Source: an uncultured Oscillospiraceae bacterium
GTDB lineage: Bacteria; Bacillota; Clostridia; Oscillospirales; Acutalibacteraceae
Direction: 5' to 3'
Assembly (NCBI GenBank): GCA_900539425.1
Contig: UQBX01000005.1
Location: 20,908-84,907 of the forward strand
Length of the DNA: 64,000 nucleotides
Positions within the stretch are counted from its first letter, which is position 1; each line of letters begins with the position of its first letter. Below, in pieces: positions 11,495 through 21,900 of the stretch. A model generated the notes under the pieces. It did not search any database. It saw nothing but the letters and a program-made list of their open reading frames with translations, and was not told the DNA's origin. The position numbers and the translations under genes were made by a program.

Positions 11495-13717
11495 ATGGCT
11501 GAAAAAAAGCTTGAATCTATAAAAGGCACCGTTGAGGAAATTACCTTTTACAATCAGGATAACGGTTATACCGTTATGGAAATATCATGCGGCAATGAAG
11601 CTGTTACCGTTGTGGGTAACTTTTCACAGCTTGCTGTTGGCTCGCAGATAGAGGCGTCGGGTGAGTGGACTGTGCATCCGTCTTACGGCAGGCAGTTTAA
11701 AGCAGATTCTCTTACTGAAACTCTCCCGCAGGATGCGGCAGGAATACTGCGCTATCTTTCAAGCGGTATAATTAAAGGCGTTGGCAGAGCAACTGCTGAG
11801 AAGATAGTAAACGCTTTTGGTTCTGAATCTTTTGACGTAATTGAAAAGGACGTTGACCGCCTTTCCTCCATAAAGGGCATAAGCAAGCCCGCTGCAAGAA
11901 AAATACAGCGCAGTTTTATAGAAAAATTTGCTTCCCGTCAAACAATAGAGGAACTAAAGCAAAAAGGGCTTACGCATAAGGAAGCGTTTGACGCATATAA
12001 TTTCTTTCATGAAAATGCCGTTGAGGTTTTTGATGATAACCCTTATGATTTTGTTGCGGCAGGAATTTATGATTTTGACCGTGCAGAGGAGATTGCCGAA
12101 GAGCTTGATGAGCCTGTATCGCCAGGTTTGCGTGCGCAGTCGCTTGTGGAACATATTGTTGATCACAATATTTCGAACGGTCATACATGCCTTCCCCGAG
12201 ATTCCGTTGTTCGAACGGCAAAAGCATATCTTTCCTGCTCTGATGATGTTGCTCAGATAGCCGTGGACGACGCCGTTGAATATCACCGCCTTATCACTGA
12301 GGATATCGACGGCCGTCAGTTTCTATTTAATCCGTCTGCGTATAATGCCGAAAAGGATATAGCAGACAGAATAAAAGTCTTTGTGAATTATCCCCCGCAG
12401 GAGAGTGAAATCTCAGGCGCTGAGATATATGCGTTTGAAAAGGCAAATGATATAGAATTTGACGCAAAACAGCGAAAAGCAATCGAAATAGCAGTCAATA
12501 AAGGGTCGCTTATTCTTACAGGCGGGCCCGGTACGGGAAAAACAACTACCGTAAAGGGCATTATTACTCTTATGCAAAACAGGGGGCTTGATGTTGCACT
12601 TGCGGCGCCGACAGGCAGAGCCGCAAAGCGTATGACTGAGCTTACCGGATGTGAAGCAAAGACCGTACACCGCCTGCTTGAGGTAGAATACAAAGACGGC
12701 AGTGATAAACCCGTGTTTGTTCATAATCACAAGAACCCTCTTGATGTGGATGCTGTGATTGTTGATGAGCTGTCAATGGTTGATATTTTTCTGTTCGATG
12801 CTTTGCTTGACGCTTTGCCGCTTCGCGCACGTCTCATTATGGTTGGAGATAAAGATCAGCTGCCTCCCGTTGGAGCGGGTAATGTACTCAGCGATATGAT
12901 AAAAAGCGGACTAATCCCTGTTGTTGAGCTTGATAAGATATTCCGCCAGGCAATGCAAAGTCTTATAGTTACAAACGCACACCGTGTTGTTAAGGGCGAA
13001 ATGCCCGTTACAACTGATAACGGTGTTGATTCTGATTTCTTTATGATGCACGAAACGGTTCCCATCTCCGCCTGCCGCAAGATAGTTGATCTTGTTACAA
13101 GGCGTCTGCCGGCGGCTTACTCAATGGATCCTGTTTCAGATCTGCAGGTGCTCTGCCCCAGCAAAATAGGTGAAACTGGTTCTCAGAATATAAACATAAT
13201 GCTGCAAAAACAGCTCAATCCGCCAAAGAGGGGTAAAAACGAGATAGTTTCACGCGGATATATACTGCGTGAGGGTGATAAGGTCATGCAGATCAAAAAC
13301 AATTACGATATTCCGTGGTTCAAATCCGATGATAACGGTATGGGCGTTTTTAACGGAGATATCGGAATACTTACACGCATAGACCGTGCGGCGGATATAA
13401 TCAATGTGAAATTTGATGATCGTGAGGCTATGTATTCAGTTGAAAATGTGGGTGAGCTTGAGCTTGCGTATGCCATGACTGTACATAAAAGCCAAGGCTC
13501 CGAATTTGACGGCGTAATAATACCCGTTGTAGCAACGCCGCAGAAACTCGCTTACAGAAATCTTTTTTATACGGCGGTTACAAGAGCTAAAAAACTTATA
13601 GTTCTTGTGGGCACCGAAAGCAATGTCAGAGCAATGGTGGAGAATGACAAAAAAAGCCGCCGTTACAGCGCGCTTCTTCATTTTTTAACTGTTGACAATA
13701 ACCCTTTTTTACAGTAA
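11495..13717 (+). CDS. recD2: RecD2-type ATP-dependent DNA helicase (RecD/TraA family). ATG at 11495 with RBS aaagg is preferred over the GTG at 11486.
   Basis: Walker A GGPGTGKTT, ~740 aa, N-terminal OB/HhH region plus a C-terminal SF1 helicase core. Confidence 0.85.
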   Translation: MAEKKLESIKGTVEEITFYNQDNGYTVMEISCGNEAVTVVGNFSQLAVGSQIEASGEWTVHPSYGRQFKADSLTETLPQDAAGILRYLSSGIIKGVGRATAEKIVNAFGSESFDVIEKDVDRLSSIKGISKPAARKIQRSFIEKFASRQTIEELKQKGLTHKEAFDAYNFFHENAVEVFDDNPYDFVAAGIYDFDRAEEIAEELDEPVSPGLRAQSLVEHIVDHNISNGHTCLPRDSVVRTAKAYLSCSDDVAQIAVDDAVEYHRLITEDIDGRQFLFNPSAYNAEKDIADRIKVFVNYPPQESEISGAEIYAFEKANDIEFDAKQRKAIEIAVNKGSLILTGGPGTGKTTTVKGIITLMQNRGLDVALAAPTGRAAKRMTELTGCEAKTVHRLLEVEYKDGSDKPVFVHNHKNPLDVDAVIVDELSMVDIFLFDALLDALPLRARLIMVGDKDQLPPVGAGNVLSDMIKSGLIPVVELDKIFRQAMQSLIVTNAHRVVKGEMPVTTDNGVDSDFFMMHETVPISACRKIVDLVTRRLPAAYSMDPVSDLQVLCPSKIGETGSQNINIMLQKQLNPPKRGKNEIVSRGYILREGDKVMQIKNNYDIPWFKSDDNGMGVFNGDIGILTRIDRAADIINVKFDDREAMYSVENVGELELAYAMTVHKSQGSEFDGVIIPVVATPQKLAYRNLFYTAVTRAKKLIVLVGTESNVRAMVENDKKSRRYSALLHFLTVDNNPFLQ

Positions 13718-13782
13718 CATTTATATGACGCTTATAATCCCGCGTCAGAAAACGCGGGCTGTTTATATTAAGGAATGAAATT

Positions 13783-14811
13783 ATGTTCGGTTATGATTTG
13801 GGAATAGACCTCGGCACAAGTTCAATAGTTATCTCCGTGCCCGGCAAAGGAGTTGTGGTTAACGAACCGTCTTATGTCGCGTATGACACTCAGACGGAAA
13901 AGATCCTTTATGCCGGCCGAAGGGCATATTATCTTGAGGGCAGGGAGCCGAGCGGAGTATCCGTAATTCAGCCCATAGTGGGCGGAGCGATAACTAATTA
14001 TTCAATCGCCTGCCGTATGGTGCAGTTTTTTATAAATAAAATAATTAAAAAAAGTATTTTCAAGCCCCGTGTTGTTGCGGCTGTTTCCGCGCTTGCAACG
14101 GATGTTGAAAGGCGTACGCTGATCTCGGTTATAATAACTGCCGGCGCAAGATCAGTATGCCTTGTTGAGGAGCCGCTTTGCGCCGCTTTCGGAGCGGGAA
14201 TAGACCCTCTTCAGCCAACGGGCGCCTTCGTTATAGATATCGGCGGCGGCACTACCGATATGGCGGTTATCAGCCAGGGAAGTATGAGCCAGATAGATAC
14301 ACTGCGCGTGGCAGGTGATACTTTTGATGAGGAAATCACACGCCATATGCGTGATAAATACGGTGTGCTTATAGGCAAAAGAATGGCAGAAGAGATAAAA
14401 AATCGTATTGCCGGGGCTGTTGAACGTGAAGAAGATGTAAGTATGCAGGCAAAAGGACGAGATATGTTTTCGGGTATGCCGTGCGTTGTTGAGATAACCG
14501 GCAATGAGATATATGAGTGCCTAAAACCGCTTTTTGAGGAGCTTACAGGCGCGGCGTCCGTTCTGTTTGAGCGTACCACTCCTCAGCTTGTTGCGGATAT
14601 AAAAGATTCCGGCGTTATCCTCACGGGTGGATGCTCTGAGATATACGGTATTGATAAATTGTTCTCTCAGGCCTTGAATCTTGATGTAACAATTGCGCCG
14701 CGTGCAGAGCTCTGTGTTTCAAAGGGCACAATGATAGCATTAAATAAGATGCACATTCTTGATCAGTACGGATACAGATTCCAAACAAAACAGGATGTAA
14801 GAATCAGATGA
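13783..14811 (+). CDS. MreB/Mbl-family actin-like ATPase paralog.
   Basis: MFGYDLGIDLGTSSIV…NEPSYVA…DIGGGTTDMAVIS…GDTFDEEI aligns along the whole length to MreB. Confidence 0.75.
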   Translation: MFGYDLGIDLGTSSIVISVPGKGVVVNEPSYVAYDTQTEKILYAGRRAYYLEGREPSGVSVIQPIVGGAITNYSIACRMVQFFINKIIKKSIFKPRVVAAVSALATDVERRTLISVIITAGARSVCLVEEPLCAAFGAGIDPLQPTGAFVIDIGGGTTDMAVISQGSMSQIDTLRVAGDTFDEEITRHMRDKYGVLIGKRMAEEIKNRIAGAVEREEDVSMQAKGRDMFSGMPCVVEITGNEIYECLKPLFEELTGAASVLFERTTPQLVADIKDSGVILTGGCSEIYGIDKLFSQALNLDVTIAPRAELCVSKGTMIALNKMHILDQYGYRFQTKQDVRIR

Positions 14812-15290
14812 TTCATGTTTATTACGGAGACGGAAAAGGTAAAACTTCCGCCGCTCTCGGGCTTGCCCTGCGTGCCTGCGGAGCAGGCAAATCAGTAGCT
14901 TTCTACTCGTTTTTAAAAGATAATAATTCTTCAGAGCGGCTTGCAAAATGTGATATACAGTTTTATCAGAATCCGGATAAACTGCCATTTCTTTTCAGCA
15001 TGACACAGCAGGAAAAGGATGCTTATGCCAAGTGGGCAAAGCAAGCGTCTGAAAGCGCTTTTTCATGTGATAAGGATGTTATAGTTCTCGATGAGTTTCT
15101 TGATGTGCTGCCGCTTCTGGGTGAAGAGTTTGTGAAAAATTTCCGTTTCAGCCCTGATAAGGAATATGTTATAACGGGGCACTCAAAATGCGAGGCTGTT
15201 TGGGATAAAGCGGATTATATTACTTTTATGCGCAAGGAGCGCCATCCTTACGATTTAGGCGTTCACGCACGCCGCGGAATAGAGTTTTGA
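14808..15290 (+). CDS. Corrinoid adenosyltransferase, CobA/CobO/BtuR family (short, 160 aa).
   Basis: P-loop IHVYYGDGKGKTSAALGLALRA and a C-terminal VLDEF…VITGH… region. ATGA overlap with the upstream gene. Confidence 0.7.
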   Translation: MIHVYYGDGKGKTSAALGLALRACGAGKSVAFYSFLKDNNSSERLAKCDIQFYQNPDKLPFLFSMTQQEKDAYAKWAKQASESAFSCDKDVIVLDEFLDVLPLLGEEFVKNFRFSPDKEYVITGHSKCEAVWDKADYITFMRKERHPYDLGVHARRGIEF

Positions 15291-15307
15291 TTTTCGGAGG
15301 AGCAGAT

Positions 15308-16162
15308 ATGGATAGATTTTCAAAGTTTCATCCCGCCGTCTGCCTCCTCTTTTTTATTTTTGTAATTGCCGTATCATTGGTGTTTATCAACCCGGTGTAT
15401 TCGGCTGTCAGCCTTGTCTGCTCTGTGCTTTACAGCCTGCGCCTGCTCGGCGCAAGGCGCACTGCAGCTCAGCTGAAATTCATAGTACCCGTTGTAATTC
15501 TTGCGGCTGTTTTCAATATGATTTTTTGTAGATACGGAGAAACGATACTGTTTTCTTTAGGCGATTTGGAGTTTTCATTCGAACCGCTTGCATACGGTGC
15601 ATGCATCGGTATAATGCTTTCAGCGGTTATTGTGTGGTTTTCGGCATATTCAGAGATTATAACAAGTGAAAAATTTACAGCGCTTTTCGGCTGGTTAGCT
15701 CCAAATCTGGTGCTAACTTTCTCAACGGCACTGCGATTCTTGCCGCTGATGATAAAAACTGCTTCTCAGCTTAAAGAAGCGCAGCAGGGAATAGGCAATG
15801 AAACAAATGGATTGAAAAATACAATGAAGCGTTTTTCCGCGCTGGTCTCGATATCGCTTGAGCAAAGCATAGAAACAGCGCAAACCATGCGCGCAAGAGG
15901 CTTTAACAAAGGAAAGAAACACTATTCGCCGTATAAATTCAGATTTGATGACGGCGTATTCGTTTTTATATCGGCGGCGTTTTGCGCCGTGCAAGTGGTT
16001 GCCATGATAAACGGTTCTTTTGAATTTGAGTATTATGAACATCTGCAGCTTTCAAATATAAGCGCAACATCACTTATCATGTGGATTGCGCTGTGTTTGA
16101 TGCCGCTTGTAACAGACCTGTCGGAGGATATCAGATGGCGGTTATTGAAGTCAAAAATTTAA
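15308..16162 (+). CDS. ecfT: ECF transporter transmembrane (T) component, CbiQ/EcfT family.
   Basis: Polytopic membrane protein. ATG at 15308 follows RBS ggagga. It sits directly upstream of the ECF ATPase. Confidence 0.7.
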   Translation: MDRFSKFHPAVCLLFFIFVIAVSLVFINPVYSAVSLVCSVLYSLRLLGARRTAAQLKFIVPVVILAAVFNMIFCRYGETILFSLGDLEFSFEPLAYGACIGIMLSAVIVWFSAYSEIITSEKFTALFGWLAPNLVLTFSTALRFLPLMIKTASQLKEAQQGIGNETNGLKNTMKRFSALVSISLEQSIETAQTMRARGFNKGKKHYSPYKFRFDDGVFVFISAAFCAVQVVAMINGSFEFEYYEHLQLSNISATSLIMWIALCLMPLVTDLSEDIRWRLLKSKI

Positions 16163-17616
16163 CATTCAGATACCCCGGCAGTGATGAAAATGCCCTTTCA
16201 GATGTAAACATGGCTGTCAGCCCAGGAGAGCTTGTACTGCTCTGCGGAAGATCCGGAAGCGGAAAAAGCACGCTTCTGCGCCTGCTCAAAGAAGAGATAG
16301 CTCCTTACGGCAAAATGAGCGGCAGTATCAGTGTTGAGCAGACTGAGATCGGCTTTGTAGGCCAGAATACAGAAAGCAATATAATAACCGATACCGTAAT
16401 CGGGGAACTTGCTTTTTCACTTGAAAACAAGGGGTTCGACAACGAAAAAATATCATTGATAATAGCGCAGACAGCAAGCTATTTTAATCTCAATAAGTAC
16501 ATAAACGAAAAAACTCAAGATTTGTCAGGCGGTGTAAAACAGCTGCTTGCACTTGCGTGCGCCGTTTCAGTTAATCCTCGTATTCTGCTTCTTGATGAGC
16601 CTTGCTCTCAGCTTGATCCTGTTTCCGCAATGAATTTCAGAGACGCAGTGCTTAGGCTGAACAGGGACAGAGGTGTTACGGTTGTAATGTGCGAACATTC
16701 TTCAGCAATGCTCGGCTTAGCGGATAAGGTGGTTTTTCTTGAAAACGGAAAAGCTGAATTTTGCTCAGCTCCTGATGAGTTTGCGCATTTTTTGACCGAG
16801 AAAAACAGCGATATGGCGCTTATGCTTCCCCCGTATACAAGACTGCTGAAAAGCAGAACTCTTGATTTTGCGGCTGCGCGCCAAGAGATAAAAGATATTA
16901 AAGAAAAGCCTGTGGCTGAATGTGAAAACGGTGAAAATGCTGTTACGGTAAAAAAACTGGCATTCGCATACAAAAGAAACGCTCCCGATGTGCTTTTCGG
17001 CACAGATTATAAAGCACAATCGGGGAAGATAAATGTAATAGTAGGCGCTAACGGCTGCGGCAAAACCACATTGCTAAAATGTCTCGGCGGCGTTCTTCGC
17101 CCATACGGCGGGAAGATAAAGAAAAGCGGCAAAACTGCTTATCTTCCTCAGAATGTCTATACGCTGTTTTTGAGCGATACCGTCGGAGAAGAGATACAAA
17201 ACGATGAAATATTGCGCCGCTTCTCTCTTGAAAGGCTGAAAAACAGAAATCCGTTTGACTTGAGCGGAGGGGAGGCTCAACGCCTTGCTTTGGCTAAGAT
17301 AGAACAGACAGGTGCCGATATATTCCTGCTTGATGAGCCCACAAAAGGCACGGACGCAGTTTTCAGACGGCAGCTTGCGAAAATTCTGCACTCGTGGTGC
17401 GGGCAGGGTAAAACTATAATCCTTTCCACCCACGATTTGGAATTTGCGGGCAGATACGCCGATAATGCCGCGTTCCTTTTTAACGGACATATTGTTTCCT
17501 CTGCGCCGCGCCGCCGCTTTTTTTCCGCTCTTGATATTTACACGACGGCTCTTTCCGCACTTACTGACGGCAGAATGGTCTGCGTTGATGACGCGGAGGT
17601 GAGCAATGAAGCGTAA
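16135..17616 (+). CDS. ecfA: Fused ECF transporter ATPase (EcfA1-EcfA2 duplicated ABC domains).
   Basis: Two Walker A motifs (GRSGSGKST and GANGCGKTT) and two LSGG signature regions; RBS ggagga. Confidence 0.85.
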   Translation: MAVIEVKNLTFRYPGSDENALSDVNMAVSPGELVLLCGRSGSGKSTLLRLLKEEIAPYGKMSGSISVEQTEIGFVGQNTESNIITDTVIGELAFSLENKGFDNEKISLIIAQTASYFNLNKYINEKTQDLSGGVKQLLALACAVSVNPRILLLDEPCSQLDPVSAMNFRDAVLRLNRDRGVTVVMCEHSSAMLGLADKVVFLENGKAEFCSAPDEFAHFLTEKNSDMALMLPPYTRLLKSRTLDFAAARQEIKDIKEKPVAECENGENAVTVKKLAFAYKRNAPDVLFGTDYKAQSGKINVIVGANGCGKTTLLKCLGGVLRPYGGKIKKSGKTAYLPQNVYTLFLSDTVGEEIQNDEILRRFSLERLKNRNPFDLSGGEAQRLALAKIEQTGADIFLLDEPTKGTDAVFRRQLAKILHSWCGQGKTIILSTHDLEFAGRYADNAAFLFNGHIVSSAPRRRFFSALDIYTTALSALTDGRMVCVDDAEVSNEA

Positions 17617-18313
17617 AGGAAATGTTCTGTTTTTCGCATTCATAGTTATAGCTCTCGTGTTTCTTGCGGTATGGATGATCTTCTTTTCAGACTCCGCTTC
17701 GTATTATCTTGCCGCCGCTATCATACTTGTGCTTTCGCTTTTGCCGTTTTTTATGGCATACGAACGCTCAGCCCCCACAGCCGGTGAAATAGCACTTGTC
17801 TCAGCACTTACTGCTCTTGCGGTTGCTTCCCGTGCCGTGTTTTATTTAATTCCCCAGTTCAAGCCTATAGGCGCGGTGGTTATTGTGTCCGCAGTATGCC
17901 TTGGCGCTCGCAGAGGATATATAATAGGAGCGCTTTCTGCTTTTATTTCAAATTTCATCTTCGGGCAGGGTGTGTGGACTCCGTTTCAGATGGTGGCTCT
18001 CGGTCTTGTCGGCTTTGCCGCAGGGATCATATTTAAAAAACTGAAAACAAACAAATGGCTTCTTGCGCTGGTGGGTTTTATTCTCACATTTGCGCTTTAC
18101 GGCATTGTTGCGGATCTTAGTTCCGTGCTCACTATGCTCAGTGAATATACTATTTCGGGAATAATTGCCGTGTATGCTGCCGGCGTGCCGTTTTCGGCAG
18201 TGTTCGGGGGCGCAACGGCTTTGTTTCTCCTGCTTTTCGGGCAGGGATTTATAAAAAAAATAAACCGTGTTGTAGATAAATACGGAATTTTGGCAGGTGA
18301 AAATAATGAGTAA
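17606..18313 (+). CDS. ECF transporter substrate-specific (S) component; specificity unknown, but candidate corrinoid/B12-related.
   Basis: About six TM helices in 235 aa. Start overlaps the ecfA stop. Confidence 0.6.
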   Translation: MKRKGNVLFFAFIVIALVFLAVWMIFFSDSASYYLAAAIILVLSLLPFFMAYERSAPTAGEIALVSALTALAVASRAVFYLIPQFKPIGAVVIVSAVCLGARRGYIIGALSAFISNFIFGQGVWTPFQMVALGLVGFAAGIIFKKLKTNKWLLALVGFILTFALYGIVADLSSVLTMLSEYTISGIIAVYAAGVPFSAVFGGATALFLLLFGQGFIKKINRVVDKYGILAGENNE

Positions 18314-18569
18314 CAAAAATCAAGACGTAATGGAAAAACTATCCACTTTTGCTTTTACAATGTCTATAATAGGCATATGCACAATAGGCATTTGCCCCGC
18401 TTTTGCCGCAATGGGAATAGCGGTGCCGCTTGTTATGAAGCAAAAAGGCGTTGAAATATCAAAGCAGGCTCAAATGAAAAATAAAAAGGCAATTATAGGC
18501 GGCGTTATTGCCCTTTGCCTTTTTGTTGTTGACGTTGTGCTCTTGCTTGTTTTCAAAGATAAGTTTTAA
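18306..18569 (+). CDS. Small two-TM membrane protein, translationally coupled to the S component.
   Basis: Two hydrophobic helices. Overlaps the preceding stop and is followed by a strong terminator. Confidence 0.45.
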   Translation: MSNKNQDVMEKLSTFAFTMSIIGICTIGICPAFAAMGIAVPLVMKQKGVEISKQAQMKNKKAIIGGVIALCLFVVDVVLLLVFKDKF

Positions 18570-18588
18570 ATTTATATTCTGTATAAGC

Positions 18589-18625
18589 TCCTCCGCTTTG
18601 TATTTAAAGCGGAGGAGTTTTTTTG
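18589..18625 (+). terminator. Rho-independent terminator (ctcctccgcttt…aaagcggaggag + T7).
   Basis: 12-bp stem followed by TTTTTTT. Confidence 0.85.
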
Positions 18626-18857
18626 CTCAAATATACAATTCGTATATGGCACAAATACAGCAAATTATAAATATTGAAAAACTTCTCTTTTTTATATGAA
18701 ATTTTCTGATTTTTATATTATAAATAGACAGCTATTAGAAAAACGGTCTGTTATTTATGCAAAACTTAAAATTAGTAAAATTGCACAAAATAGTAAAGTA
18801 AATTATATTATATAATAACGAAAATGAGAATAAAACCTTATAAAATCGATAAAAATC

Positions 18858-18886
18858 TTGACAATAAAATAACATAAATATATAAT
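18858..18886 (+). promoter_or_regulatory. Perfect-consensus sigma-A promoter TTGACA-17-TATAAT driving the surface-protein gene.
   Basis: Exact consensus hexamers with a 17-nt spacer. A 12-mer cggtctgttatt lies just downstream at 18898-18909 and a second copy lies upstream at ~18745-18756. Confidence 0.7.
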
Positions 18887-18945
18887 CGAAATGCAAGCGG
18901 TCTGTTATTAAAACTTGCAATAATTTCTAAAAAGGAGAGTTTTAG

Positions 18946-21900
18946 ATGAAAAAAAGCAAAAAACTGCTCAGCATTTTTCTTGCAGTTGTAATGCTGCTTT
19001 CTTCATTTACGGCAGGATTTTATGCTATTGCCGCAGATGATGGCTCCACGGCTGATAGTGCCGTTGCGGATGCGCAAGCAAGCATTGATGCTTTTTATGA
19101 AAACAGAATTTATCTGTTCACAGAAAGCAATAAAGAGAAGCATGAGCAGGCGGTAAAGGACTATGATGCCTCAACCGCAAAAGTAAAGGCATTAACAGAG
19201 GAGCAGAAACTTGAGCTCGACAAAGCTTATTACGGTTTCATTTTATATTATGTTACCCAGTCGGTAGCAAGAGACCTTAATGGCGGTTCGGCAAGTACTT
19301 CTCAGTATGTAGACGCCACTATGAACCATATTGCGGATATTGAAGAGGTAATCGGTGAATTACCTGATTCTTACATGGAAGTCTACGATGTGTTCAAGGC
19401 TTTTTACGGCAATTATACAATTACTTCCAGCACAAACTGGAAAGATAATGATGACGCGATTGCCGCTTATGAAACATGGGCAAAGGCTCTTGTTGCAATG
19501 GATGAAGATCAGTTTGAATTTGCAAACTATTTTTATCCAAGTGGATCAGGCTTCTATATTTATAATACAGGTTTGAGCGCCGCAGACAGAGTATTCCCGA
19601 ACCTCGTTGCTTATGAATTTAATATAATTCAGGATAATGAAACTGAATCCGGAAAGAATCCGTCAAGCGTTTCAAAGTCAAATTACATTAAATATAATTA
19701 CTCTTCAAAGACAGGTACATGGGTTGAAGGTCAAAACGGTGCAACATATCTTGCTGCATACGAGGATTATTATGAGCTTGTTAAGAGTGATAGAGTAGCA
19801 GTTGCTGAAAAGACACTTGACTTTGTTCTTGATCTGTTTGAAAGCTCATATCCCGGTTTGACAGACGCAGTCAACAACGTAGTTGACGCCGGTGCGGCTC
19901 TTATAAATGACAGAGATAGTGTTAAACTTGATGAAGTTAAAGCTGTTATCGATGAGTATAACAATATGGATCCTGAGATTTCAGCTATGGCTTCAAAGAT
20001 TCTTGAGAACTCAAATCTTGTTATGGCCGCTTCTATGGATTGTCCGATAGAGCTTAATGAAGATACTGACGCTACAGAAGCTTATAATAATGCACCTAAT
20101 GTAAAAACATACACAGGTGAAAATCTTGTTGAAGAACTCAATGCATATGTAAACGCTGCTCTTCTTGAAGATTTCATTGAATACGTAGACGGTGTTGATA
20201 CTGATGCCCTTACAGATGAAATTATTGCAGAAGTTCAGAATTTGTATTCTCAGCTCAGCGGCGACAACAAGGGCGCAATTCCTGAAGATACTTATAACAA
20301 GTTCATTTCAATCATTTCGCCCAAAAAGAATGTAACTGATTATGCAGACGAAATCGCTACTTTCAGACCCACTGATTTCGTTCGTCCTCCCGAAAGCTCA
20401 GTTGCTTGGACAGAAGGCGGTATCCAGTCATTCGTTGATAAACTTGGCGGACTTGTTGGTTCGTTTGTAAATCTTAATGACATTCTTTCAGATAATCTTT
20501 ATCAGGATACTGTTTTAGAGGCTATTATGGACCTCTATGCAACACTTGCACACGATGAAACAAAGATAGATGTCGGAATAGGCGGATTGACTTTTGAACT
20601 CGGTCAAATTATAGGCTGGGTAGTTACACCTGATTCTCTTGCTGATCAGCTTGAAGAAGAAAAATTTGCAGGTGCTGTTGCTAAGATTAAAGCAATCGAA
20701 GTTACAGCAGAAGATAAGGAAGCAGGAATTGACGAATACGACAAGCTTGCTGCTATTGATTTCACCGCTGAAGATTTCGGCTTCACAGCTGGTGACCGTG
20801 ACGGATTTATAGATGCTCTTCTTGCAGTTCTTCGTCCCGTTACAGTTCTTCTTGATCCTGATGCCAAAATTAAAGCTATGGGTATCATGGATGTTGCAGT
20901 TGAAATTAAAATGTTCGATTATACTGTAAGCGATGACGGCGTTTATACACCGGGCGCTTATGAAAAACTTCTTCCGATGCTCGAACAGCTTGGTCTTAAC
21001 GATCTTCCCACAGCTGAAGAGTATAAGACAAATTACTATGATGTTAAGGAAGCATCAGGCGCAAATATCGCTGCTGATGAATTCCTCAGACCTTTGATCG
21101 AATCTCTCTTTACAAATGTTGTTGACCCTGTTTGTGATGATCCTCTCAACGGCATTATAGATGTTCTTCCGCGTCTTGCTTATGTAGTGGATGGCGACAG
21201 ACTTAACACATGGGTAAAGGATGCTCTTTCACAGTTTGGTCTCCTTAGCGCTCTTGCAGGATCTCTTGATCTTTCAACTGATGCAATCAACAATCTTATC
21301 CCTAATTCAATCGATGTAGGCGCTCTTATCGGTGACGGCACTGATCTCGTTCTCAATATCGGTGATCTGCCGTGGTCAACTCTTGCTGACTGCGCTACAC
21401 TCAGCGCTGTTAAGAGCTCAACTATCTATAATGAGTATACACTTCTCAGAACAGGTGAAACAGACAGCTGTATGTCAACAATATTCTACTGGCTGTACGA
21501 TGTTGCACTTGCTGATGATGACACCTATGCAGCACTGAAGACACTCATTAAGGGTGTTGTTCCTTCAGACCTTGCTTCTCTTGTTGATTCCGTAATTTCT
21601 ATGGTTCTTGATCCTGCTCAGGCAGCTGGCAAGATTGACGGTTACGGACTTGTTCTTGATAACGCACTCATCGGCGGTACTCCTACCGGCAATGAGATCT
21701 GGAGAATAGATGCAACAGCAGGCAACGGCGGCACAATCAGCCCCAGCGGCACAGTTGCTCTTAAACAGGCAGATTCAAGAACATTCAGCATCGCTGCATC
21801 AGAGGGATACACAATTGCTTCTCTTGTTGTAAACGGCAAGGCAGTTGCAGCTGCTGAAGGCAAAACTGCTTATGAATATACCGTAAACGGCGCTGAAGTT

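Noticed and set aside
13718-13782. Looked for a cobalamin riboswitch upstream of the cobO-ECF operon.
   Set aside because: The intergenic gap is only ~65 nt and holds just a short hairpin, so there is no space for a ~200-nt B12 element.
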